Source: Octopus sinensis (lineage: Eukaryota). Taken from it: 64,000 nucleotides of DNA. The stretch lies in contig NC_043026.1 in NCBI RefSeq assembly GCF_006345805.1, positions 6,014,001 through 6,078,000 on the forward strand, in the 5' to 3' direction. The position numbers and the translations under genes are program-made. Positions 48,501-61,330 of the stretch are shown piece by piece (within the stretch, counting starts at the first letter, position 1; each line of letters starts with the position of its first letter). The notes beneath the pieces were generated by a model that was not told the DNA's origin, did not search any database, and saw only the letters and a list, made by a program, of their open reading frames with translations.

Positions 48501-51500
48501 GCCACGCATAGAAAGAATTGATATTGTTACTAATATTGTTTTTTTTTTTTCTGCTAATTCTTGCAGGAAGGACAACATGCTGGAGCCAGTCCACATTCTG
48601 GAGGGTCACCAACTGGGAATTGTGTCCATTGACATCAACGCAACAGGAACTTGTATCCTTTTCTTTTATCAAACCCTCTGACATTTAGGGGCAGCTTTCA
48701 AAACTTTAGGTTAAAGTATGTCTGGGAATCTGATAGGGGGCAGCACTGGGCAGATATGGTGTTTTTACACTTTTTACTATAAGAGAGAATTTTTTCTTCA
48801 TTGTTACTGCAGTAAAATTGTGTTTAGGAGCTGAAATCTATATATATAAAACTGTAGTTGTGTGAATGTCTGTCCCCTTTGATTTAGATTCCTAACTCCT
48901 CCCACATTTTGCGGTGCAGTTTAACCAAATTCGGGTATCTTATAGTCGTGATTAATATCGAGCCCGTCTGGGTATTAGCGTGCGTCTACGATTTTAAAAA
49001 TAATTTAACATCATTTTTTATTCCATTTTAATGCATAATTTTTCGTGTGTCGATGGCGGCGGAGTTGGCGTCCATGGTCACACCTGTACCTGTGTTGCTT
49101 CTCCCCCTTCTTCCCTCCCTCGTGAAGCTGTGGGGAAGGGAGTGTAAGGAAATCAACGTCGTAATGCGTTGTCAAGGAGACCAGCGTTCTTTTAGAACAA
49201 CGACTTCATGGCTTGAAGACACCAAAACAGAAATGGCTAAGAAAGCCCGAATTGGCATCTATAAGGGAAGTAACTCTCTAAAAATGCTTATATAGTTATT
49301 TCCCTTACAAACCCGAGCAACGCCGGGCGATACTGCTAGTATTTTATAAATATCTTTTAACTAACCTAAACTTTGTGTATACATATGTATGTATAAGTCC
49401 ATGTGTGTATATTTTTGCATGTGTTTGTTGCCCTACATCACCACTTGATAACTGGTGTTGGTTTGTTTATGTCCACATCACATAGAGGTTCAGCAAAAAG
49501 CGACCAATAGAGTAATTACCAGATTTAGAACAGCACAAGTACTGGGTTCGATTTGTTTGTTCAATGCCCGACCCCTCTCTACTCCATGTTTGGTCTCCTT
49601 GACTTCGTTCTAAAGTGGCAGCTTCAAGCAGCCTTGGCAGTCAGATCAGAATCTGGGATCTTGAAACTGGGAAACTCGCCAAAGGAATCGATGCTAATCC
49701 TGGTAAGAAATAGTTTTTATCTACATCTTTCTTACCCTGCATGTGTAAGCGAAAGCAGGGTATTGTAATCGCTCGTCTTTGTCTGTGTGTTTGCAAAATT
49801 ACTGGGAAATGTTGAATGGATTTTCACCAAATTTGGCAGAAAAACTCATTGAGTGAGTGGCTTGAAATGGTGGAAATTTGGATAGATTATCTTCAAACAT
49901 ACATAAATACATACATAGATATACCGCTGTGTGTGTGTGTGTGTTATGCATGCGAGCATCTAGTTGTATTTGTTACTCTGTGCGTATAAGTGAAACCAGG
50001 GCATTGTAATCCCTCGTCTTTGTCTGTGTGTTTGCAAAATTACTGGGAAACAGTTGAACAGATTTTCACTAAATTTGGCCAAAATATTCCTTGGGTGTGT
50101 GGCTTGAAATGATGAACATTTGGTTTGATTATTTTCAGACATACATGAATACATACATAGATATGCCAGTGTGTGTGTGTGCCAGCCCCCTAGTCAAACC
50201 GTCCAACCCATGCTAGCATGGACAATGAACATTAAGTGATGATGATGATGATATATCAGACCCATCAAACCAAGTAGAATCACAGTCGTGGAAGATACTG
50301 GTGTCACGCAACTGGCACCCATTACACTCTTTGAGTGTTTGGCATTAGGAAGGGCATCCAGCCGTAGAAGCCATACCAAATCATGCAAGTCTGGTGCAGC
50401 TTTCCAGCTGTTGTTGTTGTTGTTGTTAAGCAACAAGACGGGTAAGGGTGATTAGGTGATGGTCTAGGGCTTAGGGGCAGGAGACCCCAGACCATGGAGA
50501 AAAAAACTTTGGTCGTCTTGCTGTAGTCGAGGGCTCTTCGTTGACGCCCGACACCACTGGGATGTGGCCCTCGAAGTCGCTGGAAATGGAGATCTCCAGG
50601 TCCAAATTCTTGGACGGCAGCTTTCCAGCTTACCATCTCTGGTCAAACCATCGACCCCATGCCAGCACGGACAATGGACATTAAATGATGATGATGATGA
50701 TGGTGATACATGCATACTTGTGTTATATAACCCCCAGCTTTCTTAAGTCAAACCTCTGCCCCCCCCCCCACACACCAGTCTTTGACTGCCCACAACAAAA
50801 CAATAAGGGATTTCTGTGTTTTTTCCATTTACAGCTGATGCCTGGACCTTAGCGTTCTCACCTGATTCTCGTTACCTGGCCACTGGTAGTCATACAGGTA
50901 AAATCAATCTGTTTGGTGTAGAGTCAGGACAAAAGGAGAGCTCGATGGATACAAGAGGAAAGTTTGTCCTCAGCTTAGCATATGTAAGTTCAAACAAGGG
51001 TTCGTTATTATTATTATTATTATTATTATTATCATCATCATTAGCATTATTATTACTGTTATGATTATTATTATTAGTCAGTCCACCTGTGCATACCTTC
51101 CTTCTTGTGACACTTGTGAAGACCTGTTGAGGCAAGTGAAAATCAAATCAAACCAAATCAAAATAGATGAACATCAATGGAATTTGTATCTTTGTGGTAC
51201 CAGTGCCGGTGGCACACAAGAAAACCATCCGAACGTGGCCGTAGCCAGTACCGCACCGACTGGCCTCCGAGCTGTGGGCACGTAACAAACACCATCCGAT
51301 CGTGGCCGTTCGCCAGCCTCATCTGGCACCTGTGTCGGTGGCACATAAAATCACCCACTACACTCTCGGAGTGGTTGGCATTAGGAAGGGCATCCAGCTG
51401 TAGAAACACTGCCAGATCTTACTGGCCTGGTGCAGCCTTCGGGCTCCCCAGACCCCAGTTGAACCGTCCAACCCATGCTAGCATGGAAAGCGGACGTTAA

Positions 51501-51846
51501 ATGATGATGATGATTATTATTATTATCATTCTGTTTGACTTTTGCTTTATATTTGTACAAGTTGGCTCCAAGTCTCACCCAGAGACCTCAAGAGACAACA
51601 GGTTGGAAGTTCACGTTGTTGTTATGCTTAGCGTGCCATATATTTGGTTTTGTATTTAGTGTTGTACTAGTGAATGTCAAAAAAAAAAAAGACCCCAAAA
51701 TTATGTTTGTTTTAAACCTTGAGATTACATAGAAAGTATTTTGCATAGGATATGAGCAGTTCCCATGGGCACTATCTTTTGAATTTCTGCCATTTTTGGG
51801 TTTCCTGGTATCTGAGTTAGGTAGCAATCAGCCCCTTTTGCTAACA

Positions 51847-51877
<31 letters not shown>

Positions 51878-54120
51878 TATTATTATTATTATATTATCAT
51901 TATTATTATATTATTATTATTATCATTATTATTATTATTATTATTATTATCATTAGCATTATTATTATTATTATTATTATTATCATTAGCATTATTATTA
52001 TTATTATTATCATTAGCATTATTATTATTGTTATTATTATTATTATTATTATTATCATTATTATTATTTTTATTATTATTTATTATTATTATTATTAATT
52101 AAGGCAGCTAGCTGGCAGATTCGTTAGTACGCTGGACAAAATACTTAGTGGTATTTCGTCTGTTGCTGTGTTCTGAGTTCAAATTCCGCCGAGGTCACCT
52201 TTGCCTTTCATTCTTTCGGAGTCGAGTAAATAACATTTTCTGTTCATGATTTAGTATCTTTTATTTTTTCTGATATTTTTCAGAGTCCAAATGGTAAATA
52301 TATAGCGTGCGGTGCTATTGACGGCATTGTAAATATTTTTGATACAACAACAGGTCGACTGCTGCATACGCTTGAAGGTAAGGACTATATAGATCTTGGT
52401 ACGTTTCTGCATTTCCCCCAGTTAGGGTCGAATTGGACCAAAGAAGCTCTGTTGTACATTTAGCGAAAACCTTGCTGCATTGAGATTGAGATGTTGAGAT
52501 TGAGCTAAAAACCTGCCCCACCCCCCACCCTCTGCAGTGAGACACCTGTCTCTGTGCTTCCATGATTCTCTGACTTCTCACCTGGCTCATAGCCAGTTAT
52601 CTTGGTTCTGTTCCTTCTCTCAGCTGAGAAGTCTTTGTCTTGCAACTAAGTCATCTTGGCGACCCAGCTAAATGCTTGTGTTACGTAAAAGGTGTCCTGT
52701 AAAACACACCTGTGCAGGTGTCTCGTAAAACACACCTATGCAGGAGTCTCGTAAAACACACTTGTGCAGGTGTCTCGTAAAACACACCTGTGCAGGTGTC
52801 ACATGAAACGCACCTATGCAGGAGTCCCGTGAAACACACCTGTGCAGGTGTCACGTGAAACGCACCTTTGCAGGTGTCACGTGATACACCTGTGCAGGTG
52901 TCACGTGAAATATACCTATGCAGGTGTCACATGAAATGCACCTGTGCAGGTATCACCTAAAAAGTACATGTGAAGGTGTCGTGCAAAAAAAGCACTTGTG
53001 CATGTGTCACATAAATGCACCTGTGCAGGTGTCACATAAATGCACCTGTGCAGGTGTCACATAAAATGTACCTGTATAGGGTGTCACTTGAAAAGCCCCT
53101 GTATAAGTATCACATAAAAAGCACCTGTCCAAGTGTCACATAAATAGCACCTGTATTAGTGCCACGTAAAGCGCCACTGTGCAGGTGTCGCATGAAAAGT
53201 GCTGGTAATGGTGCCTGTTTAAACTCTGAATAAATCCAATCTTACATACATTTACATTTACATTTACTTGTTTAAGTCATTTGACTGCGGCCATGCTGGA
53301 GCACCGCCTTTAGTCGAGCGAAACGACCCCAAGACTTATTCTTTGTAAGCCCAGTACTTATTCTATCGGTCTCTTTTTGCCGAACCGCTAGGTGACGGGG
53401 ACGTAAGCACGCCAGCATCGGTTGTCAACCAATGCTAGGGGGACAAACACAGACACACAAACACACACACGCATACATATATATATATACATATATACGA
53501 CAGGCTTCTTTCAGCTTCCGTCTACCAAATCCACTCTCAAGGCATTGGTCGGCCCGAGGCTATAGCAGAAGACACTTGCCCAAGGTGCCACGCAGTGGGA
53601 CTGAACCCGGAACCATGTGGTTGGTAAGCAAGCTACTTACCACACAGCCAATCTTCTTTATTTTTATTTGAAAAGTTTAAAATTGTTTTTTTTTGTTTGT
53701 TTCTCTCTTTTGTCAGGTCACGCCATGCCAATCCGGTCCCTCTGCTTTTCACCCGACTCCCAACTGCTGGTCACTGGGTCAGATGATAATCACATCAAAA
53801 TCTATGATGTGTAAGTGGAAAACAAAAAAAAAAAAATTGACAATTATCAAATTTTAGACATTTTAACCCTAGGCTACCGCCTCCACCACCACTATACCAT
53901 CACCATTACTAACAACACTGCCACCGCTATCATAACCACCATCACCTTCACTACCACGACCATCACCATCATCAATACAACCACCACCATCACAACCACC
54001 ACCATCACCAACATCGCCACTATCAACACCACCACCATCATCTTCACTACCACTACTATCACCATCATCAACACAACCACAACCAGCACTACCATCATTA
54101 TCATCATCACCACTATCATC

Positions 54121-54152
<32 letters not shown>

Positions 54153-57100
54153 CACCACTATCATCACCATCATCATCATCACCATCATTATCATCATCAT
54201 CATCATCATCACCACCACCATCATCATCATCAACATCATCATCACCATCACCACCTTCACTACCTCCACCATCACCAACACCACTTTCACCACCACCATA
54301 CCTTCACGACCGCCACCACTACATATATATTTACAGTTTTGTTGCTTGTTTTTCTTCTATCATTCATTACCTTTAATTAATGTTTCTCTAATTACAGACA
54401 ACATGCCAATCTAGTCGGGACCCTGTCTGGCCACGGTTCCTGGGTGCTCACTGTTGACTTCTGTCCTGATAATGCTCATTTTGTCTCAGGGTAAGTCTTT
54501 TTCCTCTTTTTACATTTTGGCCCCTTTTTTTCCCCCTCTCTCTATCTCTGTCTAACACAGAATTTTTTTTTTTTTATGTTTGTAAAGACCTCCATCCATC
54601 CATCCATCATCATTTAATGTGCGTTGTCCATACTGGTGTGGATTGGGTGGTTTGACCAGGACTGGTATGTTGAAGGGCTGCACCAGACCCCTGTCTGGTT
54701 TGGCGGGGTTTCTACACGCCATAAAAACCAGGCCAAAACACACTCAGAAGCATGGCGAAGGCTCCAGCCTGGCCAGCCAGCCCCTATCAGACTGTCCGAC
54801 CCAGCATGGAAGGAAGATGTTCAACAATGCAGTTTCCGTTTACCAAATTTACTCGAGGTATTGGTCACCTTCGGGTTTATCATACAAGTCCCTTGCCCTT
54901 GGTGCCATGCAGCAGGACTTGAACCCAAGACCACATGATTGGGAAGCAAGCTTCTTAACCATGCAGCTACACCTCCATTGATGTACGTACAATCATCATC
55001 ATCATCATCATCGATTGACGTCCGTTTTCCATGCTAGCATGGGTTGGACGGTTTGACCGGGGTCTGGGAAGCCAGAAGGCTGCACCAGGCCCCAATCTGA
55101 TCTGGCAGTGTTTCTACAGCTGGATGCCCTTCCTAACGCCAACCACTCCACGAGTGTAGTGGGTGCTTTTTACATACCACTGACACAGGTGCCAGGGGAG
55201 GCTGGCTAACGACCACGCTCGGATGGTGCTTTTTACATGCCACCGGCACAGAGGCTAGTCGATACATAGCTGGCTACGGCCATGTATGGATGGTTCTCTC
55301 ACGTGCCACCGGCACTGGTATCACAACTACAAATTCCATTGATGTTGATCGATTTCGATTTTGATTTTCACTTGCCTCAACAGGTCTTCACAAGTGTGTA
55401 TCATATCCTTTCAGGTCATCGGATCGCAGAGTGAAAATATGGGATGCCACCTCAAGACAATGTGTACATACCTTTGTAGAACATTGTGATCAAGTAAGAA
55501 TTTGGTTTTTTATTATTATCACTATTATTATTATTATTATTATAGGGCAGTGAGCTGGCAGAAACGTTAGCACGCCGGGCGAAGTGCATAGCCATATTTC
55601 GTCTGTCCTTATGTTCCGAGTTCAAATTCCGCCCAGGCCGACTTTCCCTTTCATCCTTTTGGGGTCGATAAATTAAGTACCAGTTACGCACTGGAGTCGA
55701 TATAATCGACTTAATCCCTTTGTCTGTCCTTGTTTGTCCTCTCTGTGCTTAGCCCCTTGTGGGTAGTAAAGAAATAGTATTTCGTCTGCTGCTACGTTTT
55801 GAGTTCAAATTCCGCCGAGGTGGACTTTGCCTTTCATCCTTTCGGGGTCGATAAATTAAGTACCAGTTACGCACTGGAGTCGATATAATCGACTTAATCC
55901 CTTTGTCTGTCCTTGTTTGTCCTCTCTGTGCTTAGCCCCTTGTGGGTAGTAAAGAAATAGTATTTCGTCTGCTGCTACGTTTTGAGTTCAAATTCCGCCG
56001 AGGTGGACTTTGCCTTTCATCCTTTCGGGGGTCGATAAATTAAGTACCAGTTACGCACTGGGGTCGATATAATCGACTTAATCCCTTTGTCTGTCCTTGT
56101 TTGTCCTCTCTGTGCTTAGCCCCTTGTGGGTAGTAAAGAAACAAATTATTATTATTATTATTAAGGTGGTGAGCTGGCAGAATTGTTAGCACGTTGGGCG
56201 AAATGGTTAGTGGTATTTCACCTGTTGCTACATTCTGAGTTCAAATTCCACCAAGGCCGACTTTGCCTTTCGTCCTTTTGGGGGTCGATTAAATAAGTAC
56301 CAGTTATGCCCTGAGGGTCGATGTAATCGACTTATCCCCTACCCCACTCCAATTTCAGACCTTGTGCTTTTACTAGAGAGGATTAGTGTTTCCATTGTAC
56401 CAAAATCACCACCACCACCACCATCATCATCATTATCATCATCATCATCATCATCATTATCACCACCATCACCACCACCATCATCATCATCACTACCATC
56501 ACCACCACCATCACCACTACCATCATCATCATCATCATCACCACCATCACCACCACCATCATCATCACCACCATCATCATCATCATCACCACCATCATCA
56601 TCACCACCATTATCACCACCACCATCATCATCACCACCATCACCACCACCACCATCATCACTACCACCATTACCACCATCATCATTATCACCACCACCAT
56701 CACCACCACCACCATCATCACTACCACCATTACCACCACCATCATCATCACCACCAACATCATCATCATCATCATCACCACCATCATCACTACCACCATC
56801 ACCACCACCATCATCATCACCACCACCACCACCATCATCATCATCATTATCACCATCACCACCACCACCATCATCACTACCACCATCACCACCATCATTA
56901 TCACCACCACCATCATCATCACCACCAACATCATCATCACCACCACCATCATCATCACCACCACCATCATCATTATCATCATCATCATCATCACCATCAT
57001 CATCATCATTATCACCACCACCACCACCATTGTGATTGTTTTAAACATGTACCTTTCTATGCTCGCATGGTGCAGATTGAATTTACCCAGGTAGATTTTC

Positions 57101-57357
57101 TATGGCCTGGTGCCCCACCCCTGATCTGAGGTAAGCTCTCAGTTTCTTGTCATGTGATCAGCAGGCCACTACACCTTAAAGGGGTTACTTTAGAAAAACC
57201 TCTGAAACGTCCAGTTTTGCCACCGACCTTCTCTCATTTTGCCGTGCTTTGTTGTTTTTCTCTGCAGGTTTGGTGTGCCAAGTACAATCCAGAAGGGAAC
57301 AAGGTTGTGTCCGTCTCGGACGATAAGTCCATCCACATATACGACTGTCCACTATAG
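42514..57357 (+). CDS. WDR61: WD repeat protein 61 (SKI8/SKIC8); exons 42514..42541, 46800..46905, 48567..48652, 49616..49702, 50835..50983, 52284..52377, 53717..53810, 54398..54490, 55415..55493, 57268..57357; start micro-exon not firmly located
   Basis: Spliced product [21 protein letters not shown]...[12 protein letters not shown]...[17 protein letters not shown]...[16 protein letters not shown]...[26 protein letters not shown]...HIYDCPL*. It closely matches the remembered human WDR61, and all phases are consistent. The located exons give 301 aa, against 305 aa in human. Confidence 0.95.
43554..43935 (+). mobile_element. SINE family A (full length)
   Basis: Same consensus. Confidence 0.85.
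44482..44701. mobile_element. piggyBac-like MITE
   Basis: TTAA-CCCTTTCGTTACC...GGTACCAAAAGGG-TTAA; related copies at 14400-15055. Confidence 0.8.
45045..45645 (+). repeat. SINE family B multimer, 3 bodies
   Basis: One head followed by three bodies, with many indels in units 2 and 3. Confidence 0.8.
46020..46790. repeat. Compound (ACT)/(ACC) microsatellite ending directly before a WDR61 acceptor
   Basis: Direct reading. Confidence 0.95.
47035..48345 (+). repeat. SINE family B multimer: one head plus 7 tandem ~184-bp bodies
   Basis: GAGGTCGACTTTGCC recurs 7 times at ~184-bp spacing, while the GCTGGCAGAATCG head occurs once. Confidence 0.9.
48653..49615 (+). other. U12-type (minor spliceosome) GT-AG intron in WDR61
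   Basis: 5' splice site GTATCCTTT; branch site TCCTTGAC at 49596-49603, with the branch A 13 nt from the AG; no polypyrimidine tract. Confidence 0.85.
48836..49340. mobile_element. Non-autonomous Helitron/Helentron-like element inside the U12 intron
   Basis: ATCTATATATATAAAACTG...CCCGAGCAACGCCGGGCGATACTGCTAGT; same family as 27960..28350 with an extra internal segment. Confidence 0.6.
49733..50170. mobile_element. Two tandem ~220-bp DINE/HINE-like units
   Basis: TACCCTGC...GCAGGGTA terminal hairpin followed by GTCTTTGTCTGTGTG; repeated at about 49970. Confidence 0.45.
51520..51845 (-). mobile_element. Second R4/Dong-like 3' fragment
   Basis: Reverse complement of about 21300-21640; embedded in (TTA)n. 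Confidence 0.75.
52700..53200. repeat. 26-bp palindromic minisatellite (ACACCTGTGCAGGTGTCACGTGAAAC), ~19 units
   Basis: CACCT at 52707, 52733 and onward; units decay toward the 3' end. Confidence 0.88.
53265..53650 (-). mobile_element. SINE family A
   Basis: Same consensus. Confidence 0.85.
55545..56140 (+). repeat. SINE family B multimer, 3 bodies
   Basis: One head followed by three bodies; units 2 and 3 are almost identical. Confidence 0.85.
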
Positions 57358-57600
57358 TGATGTACGACCACAGCTGCCTCGACCATCGGGACAGACATCC
57401 ACTCCACAGTGTGTCTGTCACTGACCACCACAGCTACGTGCCATCACAGATCTCTGTAACAACTGACCACCCCTGTAACAGACAGCGTCTGTCTGTTTAT
57501 TACTGTCCACTTGAGTGGATAAGTCTATCACGGAAGACGGAAATATGTAATTAATCACTAAGGACATGCATCTATGCCTGTCTCCATCAATGCTGTAAAC

Positions 57601-57606
57601 AATAAA
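57601..57606 (+). promoter_or_regulatory. Candidate polyadenylation signal for WDR61
   Basis: AATAAA about 245 nt after the stop codon, with a second near 57646. Confidence 0.45.
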
Positions 57607-57929
57607 ATATCAGACCCATCCCCTTTCCACCCACCACCCCATGCCAATAAAACTGCTTTAACAAAGGAAAAAGATGTTGTTTTGGTGTTAATTATTTGTC
57701 GCCGTTCTTGTGCCTGTTTAAACTCTTTTTGCATTTGGATTATTCTGTCGAATGTAATGCTTATTTTTTTCACTCTGGGGTCTGGGAAGCCAGAAGGCTA
57801 TATATAAATGTATACGACGGGCTTCTTTCAGTTTCCATCTACCAAATCCACTCAGAAGGCTGAGGCTATAGTAGAAGACACTTGCCCAAGCTACCACACA
57901 GTGGAACTGAACACAGAACCACTCCTGCA

Positions 57930-57973
<44 letters not shown>

Positions 57974-58519
57974 CATCATCGTTTAATGTCCGTTTTCCAT
58001 GCTAGCATGGGTTGGACGGTTCGACTGGGGTCTGGGAAGCCAGGAGGCTGCGCCAGGCTCCACTCTGAACTGGCAGAGTTTCTACAGCTGGATGCCCTTC
58101 CTAACGCCAACCACTCCATGAGTGTAGTGGGTGCTTTTTACGTGCCACCAGCACAGGTGCCAGGGGAGGCTGGCAATGGCCGTGATCAGTTGGTGCTTTT
58201 TACATGTCACCAGCACGGAAGCCAATCAAGGCGACGCTGGCATCGGCCACATACAGATGGTGCTTTTTATGTGCCACCAACACAGGTATCACTACTACAA
58301 TGATACCAGTGCTAGTGGCACATCATTATTCAATCGTCCGCTTTCCATGCTGGCATGGGTTGGAAAGGCAGGAGGCTGCACCAGGCTCCAGTCTGATCTG
58401 GCAACATTTCTACAGCTGGATGCCCTTCCTAATGCCAACCACTCTGAGAGTATAGTGGCTGCTTTTTACGAGCCACCAGCACGGGTGTCAGTCAGTTGGC
58501 ACTGGCATTGAAGAAGGTT

Positions 58520-59030
58520 TCACACCCTAACAGTGAAGGGAACTTGTGGAAGAGGTAGACCCAGGAAGAGATGAGATGAGGTGGTGAAGCATGACCTTCA
58601 AACGTTGGGCCTCTCAGAAGCAAATGACAAGCGACCAGCCGTGCTTGAGAAGACCCGGCAAGCCAAGTGGGATTCCAGTGTTACATAACTGACCCGTTTG
58701 AAAGTACCCTTCACTTGTTGGGTAATATGTTGTGCTTGAGAAGATCTGTGGAGCCAAGTGAAATTGTAGTTGTGGGACCCATGTTGGGAGGCACGTAAAA
58801 GCTCCATTTGAGTGTGGTCAATGCCTGTGCCAACTGACTGGCACCCATGCTGGTGGCTCGTAAAAAGCAGCCACTATACTCTCAGAGTGGTTGGCATTAG
58901 GAAGGGCATCCAGCTGTAGAAATGTTGCCAGATCAGATTGGAGCTTGGTGCAGCCTCCTGACTTGCCAGTCTTTGGCCAAACCGTCCAATCCATGCCAGC
59001 ATGGAAAGCGGACGTTTAAATGATGATGTG
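58520..59030 (+). mobile_element. Decayed RTE-clade LINE 3' end (ORF C-terminus, 3'UTR, (ATG)n tail)
   Basis: VKGTCGRGRPRKR*DEVVKHDLQTLGL (in-frame TGA in place of TGG) runs into the family C 3'UTR with GGAAGGGCATCCAGC and a GATGATG tail. Confidence 0.75.
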
Positions 59031-59221
59031 CTACCGGCACTGGTATCATTGTAGTTATGATACCTGTGTTGGGGTGGCACATAAAAAGCACCATCCGTAC
59101 GTGGCCGATGCCAGCGTCGCCTTGACTGGCTTCCGTGCCGGTGACATGTAAAAAGCACCAACTGATCATGGCCTTTGCCAGCCTCCCCTGGCACCTGTGC
59201 TGGTGGCATTTAAAAAGCACC

Positions 59222-59256
<35 letters not shown>

Positions 59257-59815
59257 TTCAGGAGTGTTCTGTGTTCAGATCCACTGTGTGGTAGCTTGGG
59301 CAAGTGTCTTCTACTATAGCCTCAGCCATCTGAGTGGATTTGGTAGACGGAAACTGAAAGAAGCCTGTCGTATATATATATTTATATATAGCCTTCTGGC
59401 TTCCCAGACCCCAGTTGAACCGTCCAACCCATTCTAGCATGGAAAGCGGACGCTAAATGATGATGATGATGATATATGTTTGTATGTGTACGTGCATTCC
59501 GCCCACCCCCCTATCGCTTGACAAAGTAGTTCGGCAAAAGAGACCGATAGAATAAGTACTAGGCTTACAAAGAATAAGTCCTGGGGTTGATTTGTTCGAC
59601 TAAAGGCGGTGCTCCAGCATGGCCACAGTCAAACGACTGAAACAAATAAAAGAATATATTAAATGAGTGGAAATTGAGTCGGTGAGTGTGTTAATAAGGC
59701 ACTAAAAGAGAATGACTCTCCGCAGACTCTCAATAAAAGAGGCTTCAACACACGTAATCAGTAAAGAAAATACAAAGGCGAAATTCAAATATAATTACGT
59801 AACAAAAACAAAATT

Positions 59816-59820
59816 AAAAA
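59816..59820 (-). terminator. Pol III terminator (T5) of tRNA-Cys
   Basis: TTTTT on the - strand 26 nt downstream of the tRNA. Confidence 0.6.
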
Positions 59821-59846
59821 CATACAGGAACTAAATTCCGAGCCGA

Positions 59847-59918
59847 AGGGGGCACCCGGGATTGAACCGGGGACCTCTCGATCTGCAGTCGAATGCTCTC
59901 CCACTGAGCTATACCCCC
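59847..59918 (-). tRNA. trnC-GCA: tRNA-Cys (GCA)
   Basis: GGGGGTATAGCTCAGTGGGAGAGCATTCGACTGCAGATCGAGAGGTCCCCGGTTCAATCCCGGGTGCCCCCT: 72 nt with a complete cloverleaf, GCA anticodon, U73 discriminator and A/B boxes. Confidence 0.95.
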
Positions 59919-60439
59919 GACTATCAAAATAGGCTAGTTTTAATATTTATAAACATAACTTTTATCTTTAGTTTCGTAGCTTCCTTATAAACCACAAATG
60001 AAACGAATATTTTTATTTAACGAATTATTATTCGTTAGTTATTTAATTAGTAACTTTTAACACAAGCTAATTATATTTTTCTTTGGCCGTTTACAAATTA
60101 GTTATTTTCCTATAAAGCATTTTGCCATGGCAACCAACAATAGCGTTACTGGAAGCCGCTGATAGGCTGATGGCTGCATAACGAAGGCTTTCAGGTTTCA
60201 ATCGCTACAACAAGGTAAGCCGGTTCCTTATGAAATACACACTAAAATATTACTATTTTACTTATATATTTTTTCTTATGTAGATCTTGGATTTCTGTAG
60301 ATTATCGAATGTTTCGGAATTTGAAAGAATTTGATGTGTAAAAGTCATGTTTGAAGATGTAAAAGTTTATTTTTTTTCATGGTTGTATATGGCGATTGTC
60401 TTCACATAAATCTGGATACACGCAAGCATGTGTGTGCAT

Positions 60440-61140
60440 GTAGGAATACACATGTATGTATGTATGTATGTATGTGTGCATGTGTGTATGTTTGTATGTA
60501 TGTATGTATGTATGTAATGTATGTATGTATGTATGTATGTGTGTGTGTATGTATGTATGTATGTATGCATTATGTATGTATATATGTATGTATGTATGTA
60601 TGTATGTGTGTGTGTGTATGTATGCATGTATGTATGTATGTAATGTATGTATGTATGTGTGTGTGTATGTATGTGTATATGAATGTATGTATGTATGTAT
60701 GCATTATGTATGTATATATGTATGTATGTATGTATGTATGTGTGTGTATGTATGTATGCATGTATGTATGTATGTAATGTATGTATGTATGTGTGTGTGT
60801 ATGTATGTGTATATGAATGTATGTATGTATGTATGCATTATGTATGTATATATGTATGTATGTATGTATGTATGTGTGTGTGTATGTATGCATGTATGTA
60901 TGTATGTATGTATGTATGCATGTATGTATGTATGTATGTATGCACGTATGTATGTATGTATGCATGCATGCGTGTATGTATGTATGTATGCATGTGTGTA
61001 TATATGTATGTGTGTGTGCGTGCGTGTATGTATGTATGTATATATGTACGTATATATGTATGTATATATGTATGTATGTATGTATGCATGCATGCATGTA
61101 TGTATGTATATATGTATATATATATGTATGTATGTATGTC
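60440..61140. repeat. (TATG)n/(TG)n compound microsatellite
   Basis: Direct reading; related tracts at 4140-4500, 27225-27420, 39150-39470 and 40105-40590. Confidence 0.95.
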
Positions 61141-61278
61141 ATTGTTCAGTTTTATTTCAAGATTGTGCTTTTGGTCGTTTTGGTTGCTTCTTCTAGCGTG
61201 TAAAAATTACCTGTTAATGGGTAGTTTTCTCTTGTGTTTAAATGTACACTATTTTATATTAAGAATATGTTGTCTATT

Positions 61279-61330
<52 letters not shown>

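Noticed and set aside
50525-50575. TCGAGGGC...GCCCTCGA stem as an HDV-like ribozyme
   Set aside because: I could not build the P2/P3/P1.1 nested pseudoknot by eye; only a single stem is supported.
56364-57129. Poly-His, poly-Pro/Ser and poly-Met/Val ORFs (also 17039-17962, 45937-46790, 53815-54414)
   Set aside because: Stop-free trinucleotide microsatellites inside WDR61 or FBXO4 introns; the spliced proteins are complete without them.
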